Below are positions 9,012 through 15,420 of a stretch of DNA of 47,401 nt, one piece after another. Below the pieces are notes generated by a model. It was given only the letters and a program-made list of their open reading frames with translations. It ran no database searches and was not told the DNA's origin. The DNA is taken from positions 1 to 47,401 of IMG/VR virus record IMGVR_UViG_3300037467_000548. One strand, given 5' to 3'. This DNA is from a virus. Position numbers and translations under genes: made by a program. The number at the start of each line of letters is the position of its first letter. Positions within the stretch are counted from its first letter, which is position 1.

Positions 9012-9394
9012 TGGGCGCTATCATCGGATGGCTTCTCACGACGCAAGTTGGGCGCGCCGTCGGGGTACTTGGGCTATGCGCGCTGCTCTTCTTCGGTGGG
9101 CGCCTGTGGCTTTCCTGGCATGACGAGAGCGTGCGTGACGCGGCCCGAGCCGGATACGTTCTCCAGTCTCAGGCCGAAGCCGCAGAGGCAAAGCTTGCCG
9201 AAGTCCAGCGCCAGGTCGCCGCCGGTCAGATCGTGATCGCCTCCTACCAGGAAATTCTGAAGAACGCGCGAGCAAAGGACGCCGCCGATGATCTCCAATT
9301 CGCCAAGGACCGGAAGGACTTCGAGGCAAAGCTGGCTGCTGCTGGTCGGTCTTGCCAGCTTGATCAGTCTGACCTCGACTGGTTGTCAAAGTGA
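9008..9394 (+). CDS. i-spanin (Rz-like)
   Basis: ATGATG start, an N-terminal transmembrane segment (GAIIGWLLTTQVGRAVGVLGLCALLFFGG) and then a coiled-coil-like region. Confidence 0.65.
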   Translation: MMGAIIGWLLTTQVGRAVGVLGLCALLFFGGRLWLSWHDESVRDAARAGYVLQSQAEAAEAKLAEVQRQVAAGQIVIASYQEILKNARAKDAADDLQFAKDRKDFEAKLAAAGRSCQLDQSDLDWLSK

Positions 9395-9620
9395 TGCCGC
9401 TTTGAAGGCTGCAGCGAAGGACAAGGGCTTGGCTGCAGCGCGCGTTACGCTTCCGCCGCTGCCAACTGACTGCCGAGATCTCGAACCCCATGCAGCGGCC
9501 GCCTCTGGCGACGAAGTGCGCGCTGTCCTCAAGGCCGAGCGGCGTCAACTCGACAAGGCGAACGCGCGTGTCACTCGTTGCGCCGAAAACTACGACCGGA
9601 CCGCAAAGGCGCTGAAGTGA
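9288..9620 (+). CDS. o-spanin (Rz1-like lipoprotein), overlapped architecture
   Basis: It starts inside the i-spanin gene in another frame. The signal WLLLVGLASLISLTSTGC ends in Cys. Confidence 0.6.
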   Translation: MISNSPRTGRTSRQSWLLLVGLASLISLTSTGCQSDAALKAAAKDKGLAAARVTLPPLPTDCRDLEPHAAAASGDEVRAVLKAERRQLDKANARVTRCAENYDRTAKALK

Positions 9621-9754
9621 TGCCCGGCGAGAACCTGGAAGCCGTCTTCACCGAACTTATCGAGGAAGGCACTCGCCGTGCGCGACCATGGCTCATTGCC
9701 TCCGGCATCCTGATCGTCGTGTGCATCGCGGCGATCGTCCTGCTTTCGAAATGA
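9620..9754 (+). CDS. Small tail-anchored membrane protein (44 aa)
   Basis: ATG overlaps the o-spanin TGA. The C-terminal transmembrane segment is WLIASGILIVVCIAAIVLL. It is below the ORF-track size cutoff. Confidence 0.4.
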   Translation: MPGENLEAVFTELIEEGTRRARPWLIASGILIVVCIAAIVLLSK

Positions 9755-9794
9755 ACTAGAACGGGCAGCAGAGCATTGAAGGGGCATCGGGGCG

Positions 9795-10229
9795 GTGGCT
9801 AAGGACGACGACATGATCCAGAATCGCGAAGTGAACGTGAACTGGCTTCGAATAAATGTGCCGTCGATCGCGGCCGTCATCATGGCTGCGGTGACGCTCA
9901 CGGTCTATATCCAGAAGCTGGAAGGCCGACTGGATGTCATTGAGCAGTCGCGGCAGGCCCGGTCCGTCGTTTCCGACAAGAACTTTGACGAGATCCAGGA
10001 CAAGCTCAAGCCGCTCGACAACGTGACGTTCCGGCTCGATCAGATGGACAAGCGCGATGACGCGCAAGATGCCAGGATCGACAAGCTCCTTGAGATCATG
10101 GGCGGCAAGCTGGACGGCGTTGTCGACCGGGTGAATGTGCTCTCCACAAAGGTGGAAGTCCTGTCCCAGAAGATCGACTCGATCACGCCGCAGAAGCGGG
10201 CCGAACTTGGCCTGACCGTTCGCCCCTGA
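9795..10229 (+). CDS. Membrane-anchored coiled-coil protein (144 aa)
   Basis: Transmembrane segment VPSIAAVIMAAVTLTVYI is followed by heptad-like repeats. It is the last gene of the rightward arm. Confidence 0.6.
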   Translation: MAKDDDMIQNREVNVNWLRINVPSIAAVIMAAVTLTVYIQKLEGRLDVIEQSRQARSVVSDKNFDEIQDKLKPLDNVTFRLDQMDKRDDAQDARIDKLLEIMGGKLDGVVDRVNVLSTKVEVLSQKIDSITPQKRAELGLTVRP

Positions 10230-10262
10230 TCCTCCCGAGCGCTGCCCCGCGCTCTGCGTTGC

Positions 10263-10296
10263 CCCGCTGGCCCTGTGATGGGCTGGCGGGTTTTGT
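10263..10296 (+). terminator. Strong intrinsic terminator ending the rightward (late/lysis) arm
   Basis: CCCGCTGGCCC-tgtgat-GGGCTGGCGGG forms 11 bp including two G-U pairs, followed by TTTTGT. Confidence 0.8.
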
Positions 10297-10362
10297 CATT
10301 TCAAGGGCGAACGGCTTCCATTTTGGCAGTGGGTCAGATCACCGGAAATTCCGGATAACTGT

Positions 10363-10650
10363 TCAGTCCAGAAAGGTGTCTCGCGCCCGAATGGCGGCGT
10401 TGCGGATATTGGCGTCGATGGCGTCCAACTCGGCCTTGGTGAAGCGCTCGCGCACCGCATTAGCGACAAGCTCCCGAGGAGCTGTGCCCTCTAGGTACTT
10501 CATCGCTTTGGCAGTAAACCAGTCCTGCATTGCGGGTCGCTCGCGAGCTTGTTTTACCATCTCCGGTAGCGTATCGAACAGATAATTGACGGCGAGCTTT
10601 GCGCGCCAGTGATCTGCCGGGTGTGTAGATGCCCAATTGTTCAGGTTCAT
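10363..10650 (-). CDS. Orphan hypothetical protein (95 aa)
   Basis: A clean ORF with natural composition, in isolated orientation within the convergence zone. Confidence 0.6.
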   Translation of the reverse strand: MNLNNWASTHPADHWRAKLAVNYLFDTLPEMVKQARERPAMQDWFTAKAMKYLEGTAPRELVANAVRERFTKAELDAIDANIRNAAIRARDTFLD

Positions 10651-10706
10651 AGCGTTTAGACTACCATTCCTGCATTGAATCTGCTACATAAATTGCGGGC
10701 TTTGCC

Positions 10707-10721
10707 CACGATGTCATCGTG
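10707..10721. promoter_or_regulatory. Perfect 15-bp palindrome upstream of the 95-aa gene (operator candidate)
   Basis: CACGATG-T-CATCGTG lies 57-71 nt upstream of the ATG at 10650. Confidence 0.4.
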
Positions 10722-11019
10722 AAGATGGCAGACAATGGTAAGGCGGCGGCGTGGATGGACACGCCCTAGCTAGTGCCTAGTGACTGAGGATACGGAAGCC
10801 CATCCGATGCTGGGGCCGGTAAGGCACTCTCCGGAAACCCAAAGCGGGATGCTAACGCGACTGGCAGGAACCCGGGTTGATCTCCGGAGTGTCTTGCAGG
10901 AACCCCTCAGAGCCGATGTCGAATTCGGCCCGTCTCACCATTTCCTCCCGCCTCTGGCGCCTTCCCCGGGCTACGGCTCGGGGAGCTATTTATGGCCGGC
11001 GTAAACATGGATGCAGTCA

Positions 11020-11136
11020 ATGGCGCTTATTATCGCTGGTGGTATTCTGGCAGGAGCGCTCTTGTTCCTCTCGGCCACTTTATTTCGCTCCGCAGCCCTC
11101 CACTTGTTCGTCCATCCTTCGCAGTGGCATGACTGA
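11020..11136 (+). CDS. Possible 38-aa hydrophobic peptide
   Basis: The peptide is MALIIAGGILAGALLFLSATLFRSAALHLFVHPSQWHD. The RBS is weak. Confidence 0.25.
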   Translation: MALIIAGGILAGALLFLSATLFRSAALHLFVHPSQWHD

Positions 11137-11159
11137 TATCTCCGCGCTATCCTTGCCGG

Positions 11160-11348
11160 ATGAGCGAAGACCCCAAACCACAGTACCGCGTTTCCATGAT
11201 GGTGACCTTCCCAGATGGAAGGTTGGGCTGGCAGGGCATCCTGACCACACCAGACCATGAGGAGGCCAGCGCTCAACTCGACGCGCTCAAGTCCGATCCA
11301 GAGGTCAAAGCCAAGCTGGAGGTTATCCTGCCGAGGAAGAAGCGGTGA
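11160..11348 (+). CDS. Hypothetical protein (62 aa)
   Basis: ORF whose stop overlaps the next gene's start (GTGA). Confidence 0.55.
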   Translation: MSEDPKPQYRVSMMVTFPDGRLGWQGILTTPDHEEASAQLDALKSDPEVKAKLEVILPRKKR

Positions 11349-11620
11349 GCAAAGGCTGGACAGTCCAAAGCCTCATCGATGGCAAGATGATGCTCCATGC
11401 CTACTGCCATGCGCCACGATGCCGGCATAGCCAGAAGCTGGACCTTGCGAAACTCAGAGACAAACTCGGACCCGACGCGCCGGCAATGGCGGCAGACCTC
11501 ATTCCGAGGCTGAGGTGTGCCAAGTGCGGCGGCAAGGAGGTAGGCCTCATCTACGCTCCCGATCCGCACCAGAATACAGGCATGGGTGTCAGTTCGTATC
11601 GGAGGGCGAAGGGCGGCTGA
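11345..11620 (+). CDS. Zinc-ribbon-like hypothetical protein (91 aa)
   Basis: It carries CHAPRCRHS ... CAKCGG Cys/His pairs and is coupled to the upstream ORF. Confidence 0.6.
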   Translation: MSKGWTVQSLIDGKMMLHAYCHAPRCRHSQKLDLAKLRDKLGPDAPAMAADLIPRLRCAKCGGKEVGLIYAPDPHQNTGMGVSSYRRAKGG

Positions 11621-11719
11621 TCACCACCAGCCGAAAACCCTACCGACCACCGCAAACGGCATCGCCACCAACACCAGAGCGGCCAGTATGGCAGTGAGGC
11701 GAAGGGAGAGGCCTCTCAT
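11621..11719 (-). CDS. Possible 32-aa membrane peptide
   Basis: The peptide is MRGLSLRLTAILAALVLVAMPFAVVGRVFGWW. Its ATG overlaps the upstream TGA (ATGA). Confidence 0.35.
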   Translation of the reverse strand: MRGLSLRLTAILAALVLVAMPFAVVGRVFGWW

Positions 11720-11904
11720 CGCTTGTCGAATCGACGAAGCTCATCGAACATAGCGTCACATTTCGCCTTACCGTGCTCGTCAACGAAGTGCTTCATATCA
11801 ACCCTGGCGGTTATGCGATCCATTTGGCGGAGTGACGAAAGTTTTCTGGTAAGTTGGTCGAACGCAGCCATTTCGGCTTGGGTCCATGTTATCGTCTCTG
11901 CCAC
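11716..11904 (-). CDS. Hypothetical protein (62 aa from GTG)
   Basis: A strong GAAGGAGAG RBS lies 7 nt before GTG 11904 (VAETITWTQAEMAAFDQL...). Confidence 0.5.
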   Translation of the reverse strand: MAETITWTQAEMAAFDQLTRKLSSLRQMDRITARVDMKHFVDEHGKAKCDAMFDELRRFDKR

Positions 11905-12043
11905 GTCTCTCTCCTTCAGGGCTGGTTGCGGATGGCGGCGGCAACCAGACGAGCAATAACGGCAGTGCCCCGCACTGAAGCATCGCCGCCAACTCATCGC
12001 AGATCGCTCGCGCCTTCTCTCGGATATCCTCCGGCACTTCCAT
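11798..12043 (-). CDS. Hypothetical ORF (81 aa), uncertain
   Basis: AGGAG RBS before ATG 12043. The N-terminal 35 aa look protein-like, the rest looks junk-like, and the ORF overlaps the next gene. Confidence 0.3.
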   Translation of the reverse strand: MEVPEDIREKARAICDELAAMLQCGALPLLLVWLPPPSATSPEGERRGRDDNMDPSRNGCVRPTYQKTFVTPPNGSHNRQG

Positions 12044-12048
12044 TGGGG

Positions 12049-12336
12049 TTACTCCTGTGAGGGGCTGACAATGGCAATTGCCGCCCGAAGCGTTTCATTT
12101 TGCACCGTGAGGTCATGCAGTTCTGCGCGGTAACGTTCCATCGTCTCATTCGCCGCGTCGATGGCACACGGGAGGCAATGAACGGCTCGCTTGTCCATAT
12201 CGACGAAGCGCCCGTCACATCTGACGCAGCGGCCCAGATAGTTGCCAGGAGCGTAACCAGCCAGCGGCCATGTCGGCTCCCGATGCGTGGCGGCATTCTT
12301 CCAGTCAAATATGATGCGCTCTTTCACCTTGGCCAT
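12049..12336 (-). CDS. Cys-rich (zinc-binding-like) hypothetical protein (95 aa)
   Basis: AGGAGAG RBS, with CVRCDG ... HCLPC followed by a coiled-coil tail. Confidence 0.65.
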   Translation of the reverse strand: MAKVKERIIFDWKNAATHREPTWPLAGYAPGNYLGRCVRCDGRFVDMDKRAVHCLPCAIDAANETMERYRAELHDLTVQNETLRAAIAIVSPSQE

Positions 12337-12346
12337 TCCATCTCTC

Positions 12347-12727
12347 CTATAGTAGCAGGGAAGGGGCACTCAGCTCGGCGATCAGCGAAAGCAGAGCGTC
12401 GGATTTCCGAAACCATTCCCCATGGAGTCTGTCGGCAATGAAGCGCTGATGCAGTTCCTTTTCCATGCTCGCCTTGCCGGGAATTACAGCGAGAAGCCGA
12501 AGGCGATATGGGCAGCACATCTGAAGCTTAACTAGCCGCCGCTGTGCGTCGGCGGCTATGCCGATCTTGATGTGACGTTCAGCGCACTCGGTCTCGATGA
12601 AGTAGAGATCGGTCGCCGGAGCGATATCCTTATCCAGTCGCGCGGCGGGCAGGCGTCGGCCTGACCATGCCCGATCTGGCTTCGGGATGTTTTCAACTTC
12701 GGCCATGCGCTGCTTGAAATAACTCAT
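12347..12727 (-). CDS. T5orf172 / GIY-YIG-like domain protein
   Basis: Motifs are YFIE..HIKIGIA, RLVKLQ, LRLLAVIPG, E.ELHQRF and HGEWF. A GAGG RBS precedes ATG 12727. Confidence 0.7.
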   Translation of the reverse strand: MSYFKQRMAEVENIPKPDRAWSGRRLPAARLDKDIAPATDLYFIETECAERHIKIGIAADAQRRLVKLQMCCPYRLRLLAVIPGKASMEKELHQRFIADRLHGEWFRKSDALLSLIAELSAPSLLL

Positions 12728-12770
12728 ATTGACCTCGCGGAATAATGCGGAACGATACGAGAACAATACT

Positions 12771-12779
12771 GTCTAACCG
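12771..12779. repeat. Inverted copy (GTCTAACCG) of the CGGTTAGAC repeats
   Basis: It is the reverse complement of the motif repeated at 12876-12896. Confidence 0.6.
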
Positions 12780-12864
12780 GCTCGTTGAAAACCGCAGAAT
12801 TGCGCGGTTCGTTCAGTCCCTCCGGGCCCACCAGACCCCTTGCTGCATAAGGCGTTGAGTATAA

Positions 12865-12897
12865 GGATAGACAGTCGGTTAGACAATCGGTTAGACA
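12865..12897. repeat. Three phased direct repeats (12-nt period): ggATAGACAgtc GGTTAGACAatc GGTTAGACAc; arm-type site candidates
   Basis: Read directly from the sequence. The repeats overlap the 3' end of the gene downstream of int. Confidence 0.6.
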
Positions 12898-13427
12898 CTG
12901 CCGCTCTCCGCACGGAAATAGCGCATCCGCCGAACTAGGAGCCTAAGTGGCTCCTCGCCCCAATTGTTCATCGCCAGATTCACGATCTCGCAGACGAGTC
13001 TGACATTCGAACGGACATAGCCGAGTTTCGGAATGATCCGATCTATGCTTGGTCGGAAAGCCTGCTTCTCTCGCGGTGAACCGTCTTTCGTCACATGAAA
13101 TGGGATGCCGCTAACCGCGCAACGATAGTCCTGGTCAAGCAGCATACGCTCGAAGTCTTCCTCTGTAAGGTCGAATGGTACGTCAGCGCGCGTCGCCCGC
13201 GTCCTCGCGCGTTTCAGCGCCGGCTTCAAATGTCGGTTGAGCATTGTCTCCCGGTCGCGGCCCTCTAGCGGCGAGCCGTTTGCTGCTTTGTCATAGGCGT
13301 CATCAAAGCATTGTTCGCCAGGATGCCCCGGCAAGTAGCAAATACGTCCATGCTTCCGGTACCGCCAGCGCGTTGTGCCGTGACGGTCTGTCGTCGTGGT
13401 GACGTTGGGATATCCGTCTGCTTTCAT
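12891..13427 (-). CDS. Integrase-arm-domain paralog fused to a degenerate HNH/endonuclease VII-like domain
   Basis: N-terminal residues 5-51 align ungapped with Int residues 3-49 at 24/47 identities (GYP.V....DRHGTTR.R.R..G...YLP..PG...F..AY..A..G). The C-terminus reads CAVSG...PSIDRIIPKLGYVRSNVRLVCEIVNLAMNNW. The ATG lies 1 nt after the int stop. Confidence 0.7.
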   Translation of the reverse strand: MKADGYPNVTTTTDRHGTTRWRYRKHGRICYLPGHPGEQCFDDAYDKAANGSPLEGRDRETMLNRHLKPALKRARTRATRADVPFDLTEEDFERMLLDQDYRCAVSGIPFHVTKDGSPREKQAFRPSIDRIIPKLGYVRSNVRLVCEIVNLAMNNWGEEPLRLLVRRMRYFRAESGSV

Positions 13428-13428
13428 G

Positions 13429-14493
13429 TCACGCGAACCGCTTCACCAGCTTGGTCATGCCATCCACCGCAAGCCGCTCCTGTTCCGCTTCCTTGCTGTA
13501 CAATTCCACGTGGTCCAAGTCGTCGTGACCGAGGATCCCGGCCGACTGTTTTGCAGTCGCGCCTTCCTCGGCGAGATATTTTCCCAGCGTCTTTCGCAGT
13601 CCGTGAAATGTGCAGCCAGGCTGCATGCCGGCCAGCTTCGTCCAATGCGCCATCATGCCCGTGAGCGACTTCTCCGAAAACGAATTGCCATAGGCGTTCG
13701 ATATTACCGTGTCCGTGCGTCGCGGGATGTCGATCAGTGCCGCCTTGAGCATCGGCAGCATGAGCAAACGCAGCACCTTGTCTGTCTTCTCCTGCCGCAC
13801 GGTGATCCTGTCCCGGTCGAAGTCCACATCGGTCCAGAGCTGCGCCGCAACGTCGCCGCGACGGTTCCCCGCCCATAGAGCCAGCGCATAGGCTGCCCGA
13901 GGCATCGTCCCGGTGGGCCACCGCTTTTCGAAGGTCGCGCGCTCCTTCTCCGTCCATGCCCGCCAGCCGCCATATTCCGGCCGCCAACCCATCTTCAGCG
14001 ACGGGTCGTGCTCGATCCAATCTTGATCCATGGCCTCGGTTATAAGCCGGCGAATTGAGGTTAGCATGTGCTTCGCCTTGTGCGGCGTCTCGCCATGTTC
14101 GTTCAGGATCATCTTGACGTGCCGGCGCCGGAGATCCGATACAGGAATTCTGCCCCATGTTGTCGGGTCGTCCTCGTCCACGCGAGAGGCTAGGAATTCC
14201 TTGGTCAGGCGCTCGTTCTTGTATTTCGTCGCCTCGTCCAGCTTGCGCCACTCGACGCCCTTCTGAACCAGCCGCCAAGCATCGGCAAAGGTCTTGGATA
14301 TGATGGCCTTCGGATGCGCAACGATTGCCGCTAGGCGCGGTTCCCGACCTTCCAACGCTGCGCTGTAGGCTTCCTCGAACTCGGGGTGCCCTGGTTCCTG
14401 CGGCAGATAGATCGACTTTCCCGCGCGTCGAAAGCGATAGCGGGTCGTGCCGTGCCGGTCCTCGAACGGTGAGACGTAGGGGTAGCCTTCCAT
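13429..14493 (-). CDS. int: Tyrosine integrase
   Basis: Catalytic-type motifs are GNRRGDV (Arg), HGLRKT (H-x-x-R), LGH and ELYSKE (Tyr). Confidence 0.9.
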   Translation of the reverse strand: MEGYPYVSPFEDRHGTTRYRFRRAGKSIYLPQEPGHPEFEEAYSAALEGREPRLAAIVAHPKAIISKTFADAWRLVQKGVEWRKLDEATKYKNERLTKEFLASRVDEDDPTTWGRIPVSDLRRRHVKMILNEHGETPHKAKHMLTSIRRLITEAMDQDWIEHDPSLKMGWRPEYGGWRAWTEKERATFEKRWPTGTMPRAAYALALWAGNRRGDVAAQLWTDVDFDRDRITVRQEKTDKVLRLLMLPMLKAALIDIPRRTDTVISNAYGNSFSEKSLTGMMAHWTKLAGMQPGCTFHGLRKTLGKYLAEEGATAKQSAGILGHDDLDHVELYSKEAEQERLAVDGMTKLVKRFA

Positions 14494-14501
14494 GAGCGCA
14501 T

Positions 14502-14753
14502 CTAAGCCGCACGGTTGCGCCCCGACAAGATGCGATCGATCTTGTTACCGTCATCCCCAGGCAGATCGGTGAAGTAGGCGTCGAGCTGAATCCGATCCCA
14601 AACTGTCCGGCTGTTGGCGCGCTTCGGCCTCGGCATCCGGCCGTCTGACACCATCTCATCAAACAGCGTCGGGCCCACGCCGATGTATCTGGCGGCTTCC
14701 TCGCGTGACAGGCCGCGCGGCGGATATGGGAGCGTGTCGTGTGGCTTACTCAA
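14502..14753 (-). CDS. xis: Excisionase / AlpA-like HTH protein
   Basis: The HTH is GLSREEAARYIGVGPTLFDEMV. A TTG start has an AGGAG RBS 9 nt upstream and overlaps the upstream stop. The gene lies directly upstream of int. Confidence 0.65.
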   Translation of the reverse strand: MSKPHDTLPYPPRGLSREEAARYIGVGPTLFDEMVSDGRMPRPKRANSRTVWDRIQLDAYFTDLPGDDGNKIDRILSGRNRAA

Positions 14754-15022
14754 GGCTGCGACTCCTGGGCGGGGCGGACGAGAGCGGCATCCCATGTTTC
14801 CTGAGCAGATCGCAGCGACAGCAGATGCGTGGCATCGATATGCGACAGGCTCATGCGGCTGATATTGAATGCCGCGTTTGCCAAGGGCTTCCCAGCTTGC
14901 AAGATGCGCTCGTTCCTCGCCTCCAGTTCCGCTATATGCTCTAGAAGGCGGCGGATATCGCTGCGCTGGAATCTGCAGCGACCGGCGCGCATCTGCTCTA
15001 TAAGAGAGGAGATGTCAGCCAT
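14750..15022 (-). CDS. Hypothetical protein (90 aa), paralog of 16498..16845
   Basis: Both share the C-terminal motif LANAAFNI...L.SLRSAQETWDA. Confidence 0.6.
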   Translation of the reverse strand: MADISSLIEQMRAGRCRFQRSDIRRLLEHIAELEARNERILQAGKPLANAAFNISRMSLSHIDATHLLSLRSAQETWDAALVRPAQESQP

Positions 15023-15233
15023 TACCGCCTCCGACTATGGTGGTCTTGCTCCAGCGGTTGCCCTCGTCCTTCGTGAAGCCAGCGCGGCTCAAGATTTCTT
15101 CACAGGTCCAATAGGCTTCCCAGCCCGCTTTGTAGGCTGGGTGAGCATCGGGGAATAGCGGCTCTCCATGCTGCGCATCGAAGAAGCCGGCGTGATAGCC
15201 TGGATCGTGCCGCCAATTGATGTCAGCGCTCAT
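15015..15233 (-). CDS. Hypothetical protein (72 aa)
   Basis: Third-position GC is high. Its ATG overlaps the tnpB TGA (ATGA). Confidence 0.6.
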   Translation of the reverse strand: MSADINWRHDPGYHAGFFDAQHGEPLFPDAHPAYKAGWEAYWTCEEILSRAGFTKDEGNRWSKTTIVGGGNG

Positions 15234-15420
15234 CGTTCTGCCTCATGAGACAGGAAGCGGGCTGCGGCTCTCGGAAGCAGCCGCCTTGCCTCGGATAGTG
15301 GCTGCTCAGCAGCTTCACGTTTCACCGACAGGCTACGCAGCGTCAGCTTTCGCCGACGGGCGGGACTCCCATCTCCACGCGCTGTAACGGCTCTATCCGC
15401 CGCCATTCGTTCAAGATTGC
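15210..15420 (-). ncRNA. Candidate TnpB omega-RNA (reRNA) scaffold overlapping the tnpB 3' end; boundaries unknown
   Basis: About 60 Arg/Ala-rich codons follow NAARNL with lowered third-position GC. Hairpins include GUCGGC-GAAA-GCUGAC, GCUGC-UGA-GCAGC and GGCUGC..GCAGCC. Confidence 0.3.

Noticed and set aside
10780-11260. Track ORFs 10780..11004, 10877..11260 and 10986..11276 in the convergence zone.
   Set aside because: They have junk-like composition, no RBS and mutual overlap. I treated the region as non-coding or unknown.
12801-12833. A tRNA-like 3' end (GCGCGGTTCGTTCAGTCCCTCCGGGCCCACCA) suggesting a tRNA-derived attP core.
   Set aside because: I could not form a 5-bp T-stem around a 7-nt T-loop, or a matching acceptor strand, in any register on either strand. 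I kept it only as a note under the attP finding.
13424-14662. A 412-aa minus-strand ORF overlapping int and xis.
   Set aside because: It is an alternative frame of the integrase gene. Its translation is Arg/Gly/Ala junk, whereas the 354-aa frame carries the tyrosine recombinase motifs.
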